From positions 32,001-96,000 of the forward strand of contig CBDCEW010000103.1 in NCBI GenBank assembly GCA_965215885.1: a stretch of 64,000 bases of DNA, read 5' to 3'. The notes beneath the pieces are model-generated. The model worked only from the letters and a program-made list of their open reading frames with translations. It was not told where the DNA came from and made no database searches. Below, piece after piece: positions 50,838 to 59,631 of this stretch (its first letter is position 1; each line of letters opens with the position of its first letter). This DNA is from Candidatus Moanibacter sp. (GTDB lineage: Bacteria; Verrucomicrobiota; Verrucomicrobiia; Opitutales; UBA2987). Position numbers and translations under genes: made by a program.

Positions 50838-53479
50838 CGCCTTCCGTCAAATCTCCGATTCACCGCACCTCCCGGTGTGACCATCGCGGGATTCTGAAAA
50901 AGCGCACCCGGATCTATGGAGCGAAATTGCTGCTGTGCCGGCGAACCTCCCGGACTTATCAGATTGGCGGTCACGAATATCAACAGATTGCGTTTCTGCG
51001 ACGATTCCCCTTTCGATTTAAAGAGCCGGCCGATCAAAGGAATGTCACCTAACACAGGTACTTTATCTTCCACGGTTTGAACCTGCTCACGTGTCAGCCC
51101 CCCCATCACGACGGTCGCGCCATCCCAAATCGTCACTTCCGTTCGCACCCGCCTCACCGAAAAAATCGGCTGAAAAAATCCTGCCGGCACCGTAACATTA
51201 ATACTGCCTGAGATTGCCACGCTGGGACCGCCATACTCGACAAACCCCTCAAATTCCGTCACCCGTGGCTCAAGCAGGAGACTGATGCTATTGTCGTCTT
51301 CCACGGTCGGTGTGACTTCCATTTCAACGCCAATATTCCTCACCACGAAATCCTGTGGAGTGCCTGCGGTAATCGTTACTCCGGCGGCTCCAGTATTGCT
51401 CGCCCCACTCCCCACTTCGGATTCGATATCACCGAAAGATTCCGGATATCGAAACTCCTGCGCAACCACGATCTCAGCCGTCTTGCCCGACAAAACCGTA
51501 ACTTTCGGGGCACTCATCAAGTCACTTCCCTCTTTGCGGGAAAGAGCGCGAATAACCGCATTGACCTCCCAGGCCCCAATCACCCCGGATATCTCGGCCA
51601 GATTCCCCGCTTCCTCCCCCAAATCCAAGGCATTGGGTAGAATCGGTGCGGCATTGCTCGCAATTTTCTGCGCGTTTAAAAGTATGTCCGTCTCGGCCGA
51701 GTCGACACTAAACGCGTCCGTAAGCGATCGATTGACCGTTTGATAATTGTCCCCGCTATTGGTTATTGCCCATTTTACGCCAAGCTCTTCCAAATCACCC
51801 TGTCGCACCTCTAGAAACTTTGCTTCGATCTCAACTTGTTTGATCTCGCTGTAACGACGCAATATATTGCGCACCTTTTCCAGGTTTCGCGTCGTATTCG
51901 TTACAATCAATTGCCCGTCTGCTAATGCAAGGTTAGCATTCGGCACTCCATCGAATGGTACGCCGGCTCGTTGCAAAAAGCTCTTTAGCGCCTCTTCCTC
52001 CCCCCCATGCGATCTCGCCACACCGGACTGCGTTTCAGGGACGGGAGCGAAAGGATCGTATGATACTGAACGGGAACCGTATTTGGCCCCAATCCCTGTA
52101 AGCCGAATTATCGTAGAACGGGAAATAGGATAAAATTCAGTCTCCAATCGAATTCCCCCGCCCATTCCCTGTCGGACCACAACGGCATCAGCTTGAATGT
52201 CGTATTCGTAACCTGCCGATTCAACGACGAAATCAAGAATTCGATTCAGCGGTAGATTTCGTAAAGTAATGTTCACCGTCGGATCGCTCCCCGCCGGATC
52301 CAGCATTACAAAATTAACGCCCTCTCGTTCTGGATCGTAGTCGACCGATAGCTCCGACAGAGTGTCGATTACCCGGCTAAGGGCGACACCGCCAAAACTC
52401 ACCCGGGGCAGGACTATTCGCTGCAACTTCTCTCGTAGTCCGTTCTCCTCCTCGCCTCCTCCCGCACCGGATTCACGATCGAAAACCTGAGGTCGCTGCC
52501 ATCCCTGGCCCACCTCATGGAGCATTTCACCTTTTGTTTTGTATCGATCCAATCGTCCAACCTCTTGCCTCTCTTCCGCGATTCTGGCCTGGTAATGCTT
52601 CGCCTCGACGTTCCCCGGGTCGGCGGCCTCGATCTGAGCAAATGTTCCTTTCGCGGCCTCCAAATAGCCTCTTTCGAATTGAGATATTCCCAGCGCCGCC
52701 AGTTCTTCCAACTCCCTCTCTCTTTCATCGAGAGCGGGTGAATACTCTCTCAGGGAAGCTCGCTCCGTTCCTCGATCCCTTCCCGCAAGCTTTCTGGAGA
52801 GACTCTCCGACCGCTCGTCACGTCCACCCAGCTTCTCAAACCTGGCCAGCAGGTTGCGCGATCGATCGACTTCCTTCGCGAAGTAGGCTTCCTCGGCCTG
52901 TTCAAATATAATGTCGCGTTTCAACGATTTCAGCTCATCCAACATAGGAGCTGTTTTGATTGAAACCGGCAACGTCTCAAGGGCTCGATTTATAATTGCC
53001 AGCGCCACCTCATACTCTCCCGAAACCATGAGCTCTTCTGCCGACACACGCGCAACCTGAGCCTCCTCTAATGCCAGCTCCTGCCTCTCCGCTTCCGCCT
53101 TCACCATGGCATCGAGGGCATCGATATCCATTCCAGCGGAAACCGAACCCGTAATCGGGCTCCCTTCGACACTGGGAAAGCCCGGCGGGGTATTATTCGG
53201 GGAGACCAAATCTCCCTCTCCCGTGACTGCCGCCATGTCGATTCTTTCATTCACCCCACGAAGGAGCCGCTCCAAATTTGGATCGCTCGGGTAGGCGTAG
53301 CGCAACTGTTCGAGGAACTGTCTCGCCGTCACAAGATCGCCCGCATCGCGAGCCCTCAGTGCCGCCGCCATGAGTTCGAATTTCTCCTCGCTTCCGATTT
53401 CTGCGCATGAGACACCCGTAGGAACACTCAGCTGAACGAGCAACCCCAGCACAAGACAGGAAAGATAGGAATACTTCAC
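50834..53479 (-). CDS. Secretin (Amuc_1098-like PilQ/GspD family) with TPR-like N-terminus
   Basis: QVEIEAKFLEV, SAPKVT, KVPVLGDIPLIGRLF and RNLLIFVTA motifs. Confidence 0.92.
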   Translation of the reverse strand: MKYSYLSCLVLGLLVQLSVPTGVSCAEIGSEEKFELMAAALRARDAGDLVTARQFLEQLRYAYPSDPNLERLLRGVNERIDMAAVTGEGDLVSPNNTPPGFPSVEGSPITGSVSAGMDIDALDAMVKAEAERQELALEEAQVARVSAEELMVSGEYEVALAIINRALETLPVSIKTAPMLDELKSLKRDIIFEQAEEAYFAKEVDRSRNLLARFEKLGGRDERSESLSRKLAGRDRGTERASLREYSPALDERERELEELAALGISQFERGYLEAAKGTFAQIEAADPGNVEAKHYQARIAEERQEVGRLDRYKTKGEMLHEVGQGWQRPQVFDRESGAGGGEEENGLREKLQRIVLPRVSFGGVALSRVIDTLSELSVDYDPEREGVNFVMLDPAGSDPTVNITLRNLPLNRILDFVVESAGYEYDIQADAVVVRQGMGGGIRLETEFYPISRSTIIRLTGIGAKYGSRSVSYDPFAPVPETQSGVARSHGGEEEALKSFLQRAGVPFDGVPNANLALADGQLIVTNTTRNLEKVRNILRRYSEIKQVEIEAKFLEVRQGDLEELGVKWAITNSGDNYQTVNRSLTDAFSVDSAETDILLNAQKIASNAAPILPNALDLGEEAGNLAEISGVIGAWEVNAVIRALSRKEGSDLMSAPKVTVLSGKTAEIVVAQEFRYPESFGDIESEVGSGASNTGAAGVTITAGTPQDFVVRNIGVEMEVTPTVEDDNSISLLLEPRVTEFEGFVEYGGPSVAISGSINVTVPAGFFQPIFSVRRVRTEVTIWDGATVVMGGLTREQVQTVEDKVPVLGDIPLIGRLFKSKGESSQKRNLLIFVTANLISPGGSPAQQQFRSIDPGALFQNPAMVTPGGAVNRRFDGRR

Positions 53480-53559
53480 CGGCTACACTCGGAAACTAAA
53501 CGGAGCGCCGCACATCTACCTCTAAGAAGACTGCATTAAGGTCAGCAATACCCAGTGCC

Positions 53560-54387
53560 TCATTGGGTAAGCAAGAGGGTCCTCGTATCGGTTTCATCGC
53601 TTTGCGCTCCACTCTTTTCCAGAGTTACGTTTTGATTTACAAGATCAATCTTTCGCAATGCGAGAATTATATCGCCCACCTCCATCACCGCGCCCTCTCT
53701 CAACTGAAAATTTCGCGAACCAGCTCTCGTCGATCTCAGTATCGCCTCCACTCCAGGATAATAGGTGGGTTCCTTTCCAAGCGTATAGATTCTCCCCTCA
53801 CGTATGTCAAAAACCCCTAACGCGATATCTTCAACGACGTAGGGTGTCCGTCCTGCTTCTTCAGGATGGATCAGATTTCGATTGATCATGAAAGAAAGAA
53901 TAGTGAATTCTTCCTCCGAAAAGTGGTCATTCACACGCCCGCGCAAACCCCTCTCCATCTCTCTTTCTTTAATCAACACCGTGTAATCACCTTCTTCGCC
54001 CACATAACCCTCAAACAGCAATCGGTAGGGCCTCCGAGCGAAGCCCACCAACTCGACTCCAAACTCGTTTTCCGTTTCTTCCGATTGCAGGGGTGGCTCC
54101 AGGGTGAATGTATTCGTTTCGCGACTGTAGTACACGATCGGCGGTGTGAAGACTTCGAATATCGCCTTTTCATCCCAGGATTGCCTGGCCGGTTCTCGCC
54201 ATTGCCTCTCCGCCCTCGCCGTATCAACAGGCATTATTGTCCTATAAGGACGATCTACCAGGACCGAACCAGATACCTCCTCCACTTGCCCCTTTCGACC
54301 ACTCGCGCCCAATACGTACCATATTGAGCTGACCAGGAGTAGCGTTACACTGCCTCCTGCAAGTCCCTTGCTTAATCCGTCTCGCAT
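53560..54387 (-). CDS. Amuc_1099-like pilus-associated protein
   Basis: N-terminal TM helix and FTPP motif; position between the Amuc_1100-like gene and the secretin (synteny inference). Confidence 0.6.
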   Translation of the reverse strand: MRDGLSKGLAGGSVTLLLVSSIWYVLGASGRKGQVEEVSGSVLVDRPYRTIMPVDTARAERQWREPARQSWDEKAIFEVFTPPIVYYSRETNTFTLEPPLQSEETENEFGVELVGFARRPYRLLFEGYVGEEGDYTVLIKEREMERGLRGRVNDHFSEEEFTILSFMINRNLIHPEEAGRTPYVVEDIALGVFDIREGRIYTLGKEPTYYPGVEAILRSTRAGSRNFQLREGAVMEVGDIILALRKIDLVNQNVTLEKSGAQSDETDTRTLLLTQ

Positions 54388-54401
54388 TTGTGTCCCTCTA
54401 G

Positions 54402-54575
54402 CCCGGACATTTCACACACTTCGTAGTGAGACTGCGTAGGTTGCTGCGTATCGGTGCCTTTCCGCAGCACGGCGGGCGACAGCGTGTTGGAACCCTCTGA
54501 GGTCGCCGGACAAGGGAAGGCTTTGAGACGCAGTGACATCCGCGGTCGTAGCAGAAGATTTGTGAAATGTTCGGG
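54402..54575. mobile_element. MITE family 2 (174 bp), copy 2, with CTAG TSD
   Basis: CTAG-CCCGGACATTTCAC ... GTGAAATGTTCGGG-CTAG. Confidence 0.9.
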
Positions 54576-54583
54576 CTAGCACG

Positions 54584-55531
54584 CTATGAGCCTTTGTCGG
54601 GCATTGTCCCTACAATGTATTCGACGATTACGGAAAACTCCGAGTAATTCTCTTTAACGATGAGTATCGCGGAGGAGTCTTCCCCCCTACCTGCATCGCC
54701 GGAGAATCCAAACGGCGAAGGCCCGAGTAATTCTCTCCCTCTCTGCTTTCCCGTTTCTGATACCGGTTTCACCTCCACACCGCGAACGACATAAGGCCTC
54801 TCGAAATGGTTCAAGCTGTTCAGGAACTGGCGTAGCGTCCTCGTTTGACCCGTATATACCAACCGAATACCTAACGTATCGATAATGTCGGGAATACGCG
54901 CCGACACTTTCTCATCGATTTCAAAGAGATCCTTGCTTATGAACGGCTTCGAGGAATCTGCGGCACTCCCCCGCGCAGGATAGACCGGTTCTCTCTGCAC
55001 CTCAACAATCTCCCTCGGACCAGCTGCATAGAGCAGGTCCATCAAGAAGCGAATCAGCGACCGCTGCAAATCCACCACCCTGAGAACTTCGGGGGAGGGG
55101 CCTTCACCCGATTCGACAAATTCATCGAAGCCAAAATTCTCATCCTCTTTTACTCCGATTCCCAATTCGCCGGCGCTCTTTCGTAGTTCTTCCACCAGGC
55201 TTACAATCCTGAAATAGACATCCTCAGAATCGATCGGAGTCGATTCTATCTCTATCTCATCAGATAGATCTCGCCTCAGTTCACTTCGACTTGCTTCCAG
55301 GCGAGCCTCAAGCACATCAGAATTTATTCGCGCGCGCTCCCGATTTGCTTTCATGGGCGCAGGACTTCCATGCGACACCTCTCGCAGCAATCGTACTCTC
55401 TCCGATAGCATACTTTCCAATTCGCTACTCTCGCCCGCCAATGCGATTGTCCAGTACACCTCAGCGACGCACCCAGAAACAATGACTGCCACCAGAAGAG
55501 CAAATACCGGATTTTCCCTCAACCATCCCAT
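54584..55531 (-). CDS. Amuc_1100-like (PilO-like) pilus protein
   Basis: N-terminal W..ENP + TM helix, coiled coil, FGF..F, LRQFLNSL..F..PYVVR; synteny. Confidence 0.75.
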   Translation of the reverse strand: MGWLRENPVFALLVAVIVSGCVAEVYWTIALAGESSELESMLSERVRLLREVSHGSPAPMKANRERARINSDVLEARLEASRSELRRDLSDEIEIESTPIDSEDVYFRIVSLVEELRKSAGELGIGVKEDENFGFDEFVESGEGPSPEVLRVVDLQRSLIRFLMDLLYAAGPREIVEVQREPVYPARGSAADSSKPFISKDLFEIDEKVSARIPDIIDTLGIRLVYTGQTRTLRQFLNSLNHFERPYVVRGVEVKPVSETGKQRGRELLGPSPFGFSGDAGRGEDSSAILIVKENYSEFSVIVEYIVGTMPDKGS

Positions 55532-55640
55532 TTCTCTTGAACCTGATTTTCGCATTGCGAGCACTCTTGGGCTACTCTTCCAAAAAAATCCTGTTTCATC
55601 TACTTGACTCCGTTTGCGCCAAAGCGCTGAAATATCCGGG

Positions 55641-55740
55641 CTAGGAATCTGTCGGACTTAGCATTCCTAACATTTCCATGGTGCATATTTCAAGGTGACG
55701 GCTCGACATTCCGATCCAGATGAGACCGACAGATTCCTCG
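55641..55740. mobile_element. MITE family 1, intact reference copy (100 bp)
   Basis: CTAGGAATCTGTCGGACTTAG ... AGACCGACAGATTCCTCG; abuts a MITE2-like end (TGAAATATCCGGG) at 55628-55640. Confidence 0.88.
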
Positions 55741-55988
55741 GAAGAAAATGAACCTGAGATTTGAGACATTTTGCCATATCTATTCCTTTCTCGAATACAA
55801 ATCTGATGACGAAAGATTGTCGCTGGCGGGTTGATCGTATCAAAATGGCCCATAGCGAAACCGCTGTGCAACAATTCGTCCTCCTTCCCACAAATCTCAG
55901 GTTCATTTTCTTGATTCTAGTCCCGGCTGGCCGGGATCGGAACGAAACCGGGTAATTCTTTTAAAGACGCATAAATTCCGACAGGCTG

Positions 55989-57704
55989 CTAGAGCGGTCT
56001 ATCCGGGCTGATCTTTAGTTGAAATTCAAACCGGAGCAGACCCGTATCTGAAGTATCGAAACGAATATTCTCAACGCCTGAAATGAAGGCGGATTCGGTG
56101 ATTTTGCCCAGCACCCGTTTGACCCGCTGCTGCACATTGTTACTAACCTTGGCAAGTGGATTTTCGCGATCGAGCATGCGCCCCACTACGCGGAGCCGGT
56201 CGATCCTTCCCTCCCGATGAGTTTTACTACCCTTTCCCTCAAGTCTCTCAACATCCTCGTCGTCGAAAGCCACCAACCCACTCTCATCCTCGCGAATGAT
56301 TTCAAGTTTCTCCAACCAGACATCTTCGACCTCGTGGAGACGATCTTGAAGATCGACAAAAAATTGCGCCCAATTCGATCGCGAATGAAATATTCTCTCA
56401 ATCTTCTCGATCTCTTCGGCAAGGTCAGCCGATTGCCTGCTCCAGCGGGCTATCGCTTCCTCGTTTTCCAGCAGTGGAGCGAGCTCCCGCTCGACCATGC
56501 CCAGTTCCCTCTCGTGATTAATCGCCAGGCTGCGATAGTGCAAGACCGGCAACGCGAACGCGGCTGCCGAAATCAAACCCGCTGCCACCAGGGTGGGCTT
56601 TCGTCGCTTCAAACGCTGCCTGCGCGCAAACGATTCCGGCAGTAGATTCACTGTAGACGAGCGTCCCGCCCTCTCCAATTCGGCAGCCCCAATCAACTCG
56701 CTGTCCTGCATCAGGTTGGCTCGATACTTCTCAAAATCGATTCCTTTGCCAGGGACGACGTGATTAGCCGGACTGAACGACTCGACTTTCATATTGAGAG
56801 AGCTTTCGAGGTGCTCCGCGAGTCCCGGCAATCGAGACCCGCGCCCGCATAGAAGCATTCTTCTCGGAACTCTGCCCATTTTTTCTCCCGTTGCGCTCGC
56901 CAGAGAACGCCCTATTTCCGCGGACAACCTCCTTTTGAACAGAGCCGCGCTTCGTTCCATCTCTTCCTCGAAACGATCTGCTCCGGTCTGTTCTCGACCC
57001 TCCGAAAAACGGGCGACTTTCCGCTCCTCGGCGCTTGAAAATGATTCACCGGTGAGACGGGCCAGATTTTCCGTAACGAAATTCCCACCCACCGATACGC
57101 TGCGGATGAATAGTTCCTTTCCTTTCATATAGAGCAGTTCTGAGGTCCTCGCTCCCACGTCTATAAACACGATTTCTTCTTGCTGTCCCCCCTCGCCCGT
57201 TCCCAGTAGCGTATGATAGGAGAGAACCGGAGCGGGTAGCACGGCTTCCGGACTGAATCCTGCCCTGTATATCTCTTCACAGAATTCCTCGGAGCCTTCG
57301 AGTTTCTCCGCCACTACCACCATCTCAATCTCGATGCCATCGTCAGCAAATATCTCATATCCCCATACGACTTCCGAAAGGGGGTAGGGAATGTTCTGCT
57401 GCGTTTCGTAAGCAATGGCTTGGGCTTGCTTCGAGCGCTCCACCACGGGTACCTCGATAATCTTGCTTAGCACTCGAAAGCCCGGGACGATTAAGGTCGC
57501 CGCTCGATTCAACCCCCCTTCACCGGCCAAGTCCTGAAGTGCACCAGCCACGGCCGGGAGCCAGTCGCTCTCCACGGAATAATCATAGGAGAGTTCCCTC
57601 CTGAGAATTCCCTCCATTCTGAGCTCCCCCTCAGAACTCCTTTGAAATCTCCCCGCCGAAACATGGGTCGTTCCGCAATTGATTATCGTTTTCTCCCTGC
57701 CCAT
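55989..57704 (-). CDS. pilM: PilM-PilN fusion (Amuc_1101-like) pilus assembly protein
   Basis: QNIPYPLSEVVW, IDVGAR, VGGNFVT, CGRGSRL and VNLLP + TM + coiled coil. Confidence 0.85.
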   Translation of the reverse strand: MGREKTIINCGTTHVSAGRFQRSSEGELRMEGILRRELSYDYSVESDWLPAVAGALQDLAGEGGLNRAATLIVPGFRVLSKIIEVPVVERSKQAQAIAYETQQNIPYPLSEVVWGYEIFADDGIEIEMVVVAEKLEGSEEFCEEIYRAGFSPEAVLPAPVLSYHTLLGTGEGGQQEEIVFIDVGARTSELLYMKGKELFIRSVSVGGNFVTENLARLTGESFSSAEERKVARFSEGREQTGADRFEEEMERSAALFKRRLSAEIGRSLASATGEKMGRVPRRMLLCGRGSRLPGLAEHLESSLNMKVESFSPANHVVPGKGIDFEKYRANLMQDSELIGAAELERAGRSSTVNLLPESFARRQRLKRRKPTLVAAGLISAAAFALPVLHYRSLAINHERELGMVERELAPLLENEEAIARWSRQSADLAEEIEKIERIFHSRSNWAQFFVDLQDRLHEVEDVWLEKLEIIREDESGLVAFDDEDVERLEGKGSKTHREGRIDRLRVVGRMLDRENPLAKVSNNVQQRVKRVLGKITESAFISGVENIRFDTSDTGLLRFEFQLKISPDRPL

Positions 57705-57733
57705 ACTATATCAGCTGGAATTCTTCTTCTTTT

Positions 57734-59217
57734 GGGTCTACAGCAGAATCTGTGGGTGGGTAACGTCGCTTACAAGAGGAAATAGAGTCGGTGAGCACAA
57801 GGAGAAGTCAGGGCGCTGCCCTGAATCCCGCTCCTCCACAGCCGGAGGGGCTGGTCGGTGTTTTCTTTGCATATGGGATTGAAAGGTTGAAGCACCGGGC
57901 CGTTCCGAGGATGAAAGTAGTACCGAAAATACATCCTGAACACGGAGGACCCAGTGCTCATCAAAACGCTACTGAATCGGTGCTATTGGCTCAAGAGCTT
58001 TGTTTACGCAAAGGCGAGTATGGAAATGGTGAAATCGGTGGAGGCGATTGTGGTGCAGATTGAGCCGCGCAAGAATAGTCGGGTGTGCTGTTCGGGGTGT
58101 GGCCGGACGGCCAGCGGCTACGACCACATGAGCGAGGCGAGGCATTTTGAATTTGTGCCCTTGTGGGGGATGAAGGTGTATTTTCGTTACCGCATGCGGC
58201 GGGTCAATTGCCGGCGGTGCGGGGTGAAGGTCGAAGAGGTGCCCTGGGCCAAGGGCAAGAGTCATCTGAGTTGGCCAATGCAATGGTTTCTGGCCCAGTG
58301 GGCGAGGCGCTTGAGCTGGGAAGAGACGGCAAGGGTTTTTCGCACGAACTGGCGCAACGTCTTCGAGTCGGTCGAGGCGATGGTGCGTTGGGGGCTCAAA
58401 CGGCGCGATATGAGCGGGATTGAGGCGATCGGAGTCGATGAGGTGCAGTATCATCGAGGCCATCACTATCTCACCGTGGTCTACCAGCTTGACGAGGGGC
58501 GGCGGCGGCTATTGGGCGTATTCAATAAGCGCAACGTAAAATCGCTCTTGCGTTTTTTCTGGGAATTGGGAGCGCAAAAGAGCAGCCAGATCCTCTACGT
58601 CTGCTCGGATCTGTGGAAGCCTTACCTCAAAGTGATCAAGAAAAAGGCACCCCAGGCGCTGCACATCCTCGATCGCTTCCACTTGGTAGCCAACCTGAAC
58701 AAGGCCCTCAATGAGATTCGTGCTGCGGAAGCCAGGCGATTGCAACGGGACGGCTACATCAACGTGCTGGTCAAAAGCAAATACTGTTTCTTCAAAAATC
58801 CGCAAAATCTCACCCCCACCCAACAGATCCGCCTCAAGGAGGTGCTCCAATACGATCTGAAGAGCGTGCGGGCCTATCTACTAAAGGAGAGCTTTCAGCT
58901 CTTGTGGCATTATAAAAGTCCCTACTGGGCCCAATGGTATCTGAAAAAATGGTGCACGCGCGCCATGCGTTCGCGCCTCAAACCGATCAAAAGGTTCGTG
59001 CGCTCGGTGCGCAAACACGAGCCGCTCATCCTCAACTGGTTTCGGGCCAAAAAGGCCTTTTCCTGCGGCATTGTGGAGGGCTTTAACCGCAATATAAATC
59101 TCACTATCAGAAAAGCATACGGCTTTAAGAGCTTCGAAGTGCTTAAGATCGCCCTATTTCATACCATGGGCGACTTGCCTGAACCCGAAATAACCCACAG
59201 ATTCTGCTGACGAGGCC
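57734..59217 (+). mobile_element. ISL3-family insertion sequence, copy B (1484 bp)
   Basis: Same TIRs as copy A; TTCTTTT duplicated at 57727-57733 and 59218-59224. Confidence 0.95.
57954..59210 (+). CDS. ISL3-family transposase
   Basis: Identical to 212-1468 except for 2 residues (E/V, L/F). Confidence 0.95.
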   Translation: MLIKTLLNRCYWLKSFVYAKASMEMVKSVEAIVVQIEPRKNSRVCCSGCGRTASGYDHMSEARHFEFVPLWGMKVYFRYRMRRVNCRRCGVKVEEVPWAKGKSHLSWPMQWFLAQWARRLSWEETARVFRTNWRNVFESVEAMVRWGLKRRDMSGIEAIGVDEVQYHRGHHYLTVVYQLDEGRRRLLGVFNKRNVKSLLRFFWELGAQKSSQILYVCSDLWKPYLKVIKKKAPQALHILDRFHLVANLNKALNEIRAAEARRLQRDGYINVLVKSKYCFFKNPQNLTPTQQIRLKEVLQYDLKSVRAYLLKESFQLLWHYKSPYWAQWYLKKWCTRAMRSRLKPIKRFVRSVRKHEPLILNWFRAKKAFSCGIVEGFNRNINLTIRKAYGFKSFEVLKIALFHTMGDLPEPEITHRFC

Positions 59218-59366
59218 TTCTTTTAAATCGGGTTCTTCTAATTTGGCAATTTCTGTCCAAACGGCGAAATAGTTAGATACCCCTCAGCTTGCTGCCCGGA
59301 GTTTTCATTATCAATCCCTTTCCGTGACGGTTTCGCCGGAGTCCGGAGATTATTGAAATGTCCGAA

Positions 59367-59402
59367 CTAGGAGCCGGTCGGACTTTGTCCGCAGGCTCCT
59401 AG
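59367..59402. mobile_element. 36-bp minimal MITE1-like element (two ends back to back)
   Basis: CTAGGAGCCGGTCGGAC-TTT-GTCCGCAGGCTCCTAG. Confidence 0.6.
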
Positions 59403-59517
59403 ACGAAATCCCATGTTGTTGCCCCTGGGCTGCAATAATGGCATAGGGATGCACTGGACGGCACTTTCACCCGATTCGATTGAGTCACCGCTCTGCCGAT
59501 GCCGCTCGGCAGAGCGT

Positions 59518-59617
59518 CTAGGAAGATGTCGGTGGTCCAATCCCCCGCATTCCACGAAAGCACCCAGATGTTCGTTTTTTCGGCGAGTTTAGAAAGCTAA
59601 GTCCGACAGATTCCTAA
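59518..59617. mobile_element. MITE family 1 (100 bp)
   Basis: CTAGGAAGATGTCGG ... AGTCCGACAGATTCCTAA. Confidence 0.87.
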
Positions 59618-59631
59618 CGAATATAAGCTGG

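Noticed and set aside
55641..55955. Short ORFs in repeat-rich spacers (also 28777-29043, 50614-50850, 59367-59555, 61416-61613)
   Set aside because: They are largely translations of MITE, REP or hexamer repeats.
59245..59259. Sigma54 promoter upstream of pilM
   Set aside because: GG-to-GC spacing on the minus strand is 9 bp rather than the required 10.
21631..59617. MITE1 repeats as a CRISPR array or integron attC sites
   Set aside because: They are dispersed with no repeat-spacer periodicity, there is no cas or intI gene, and the ends are TIRs with a YTAG target rather than RYYYAAC/GTTRRRY.
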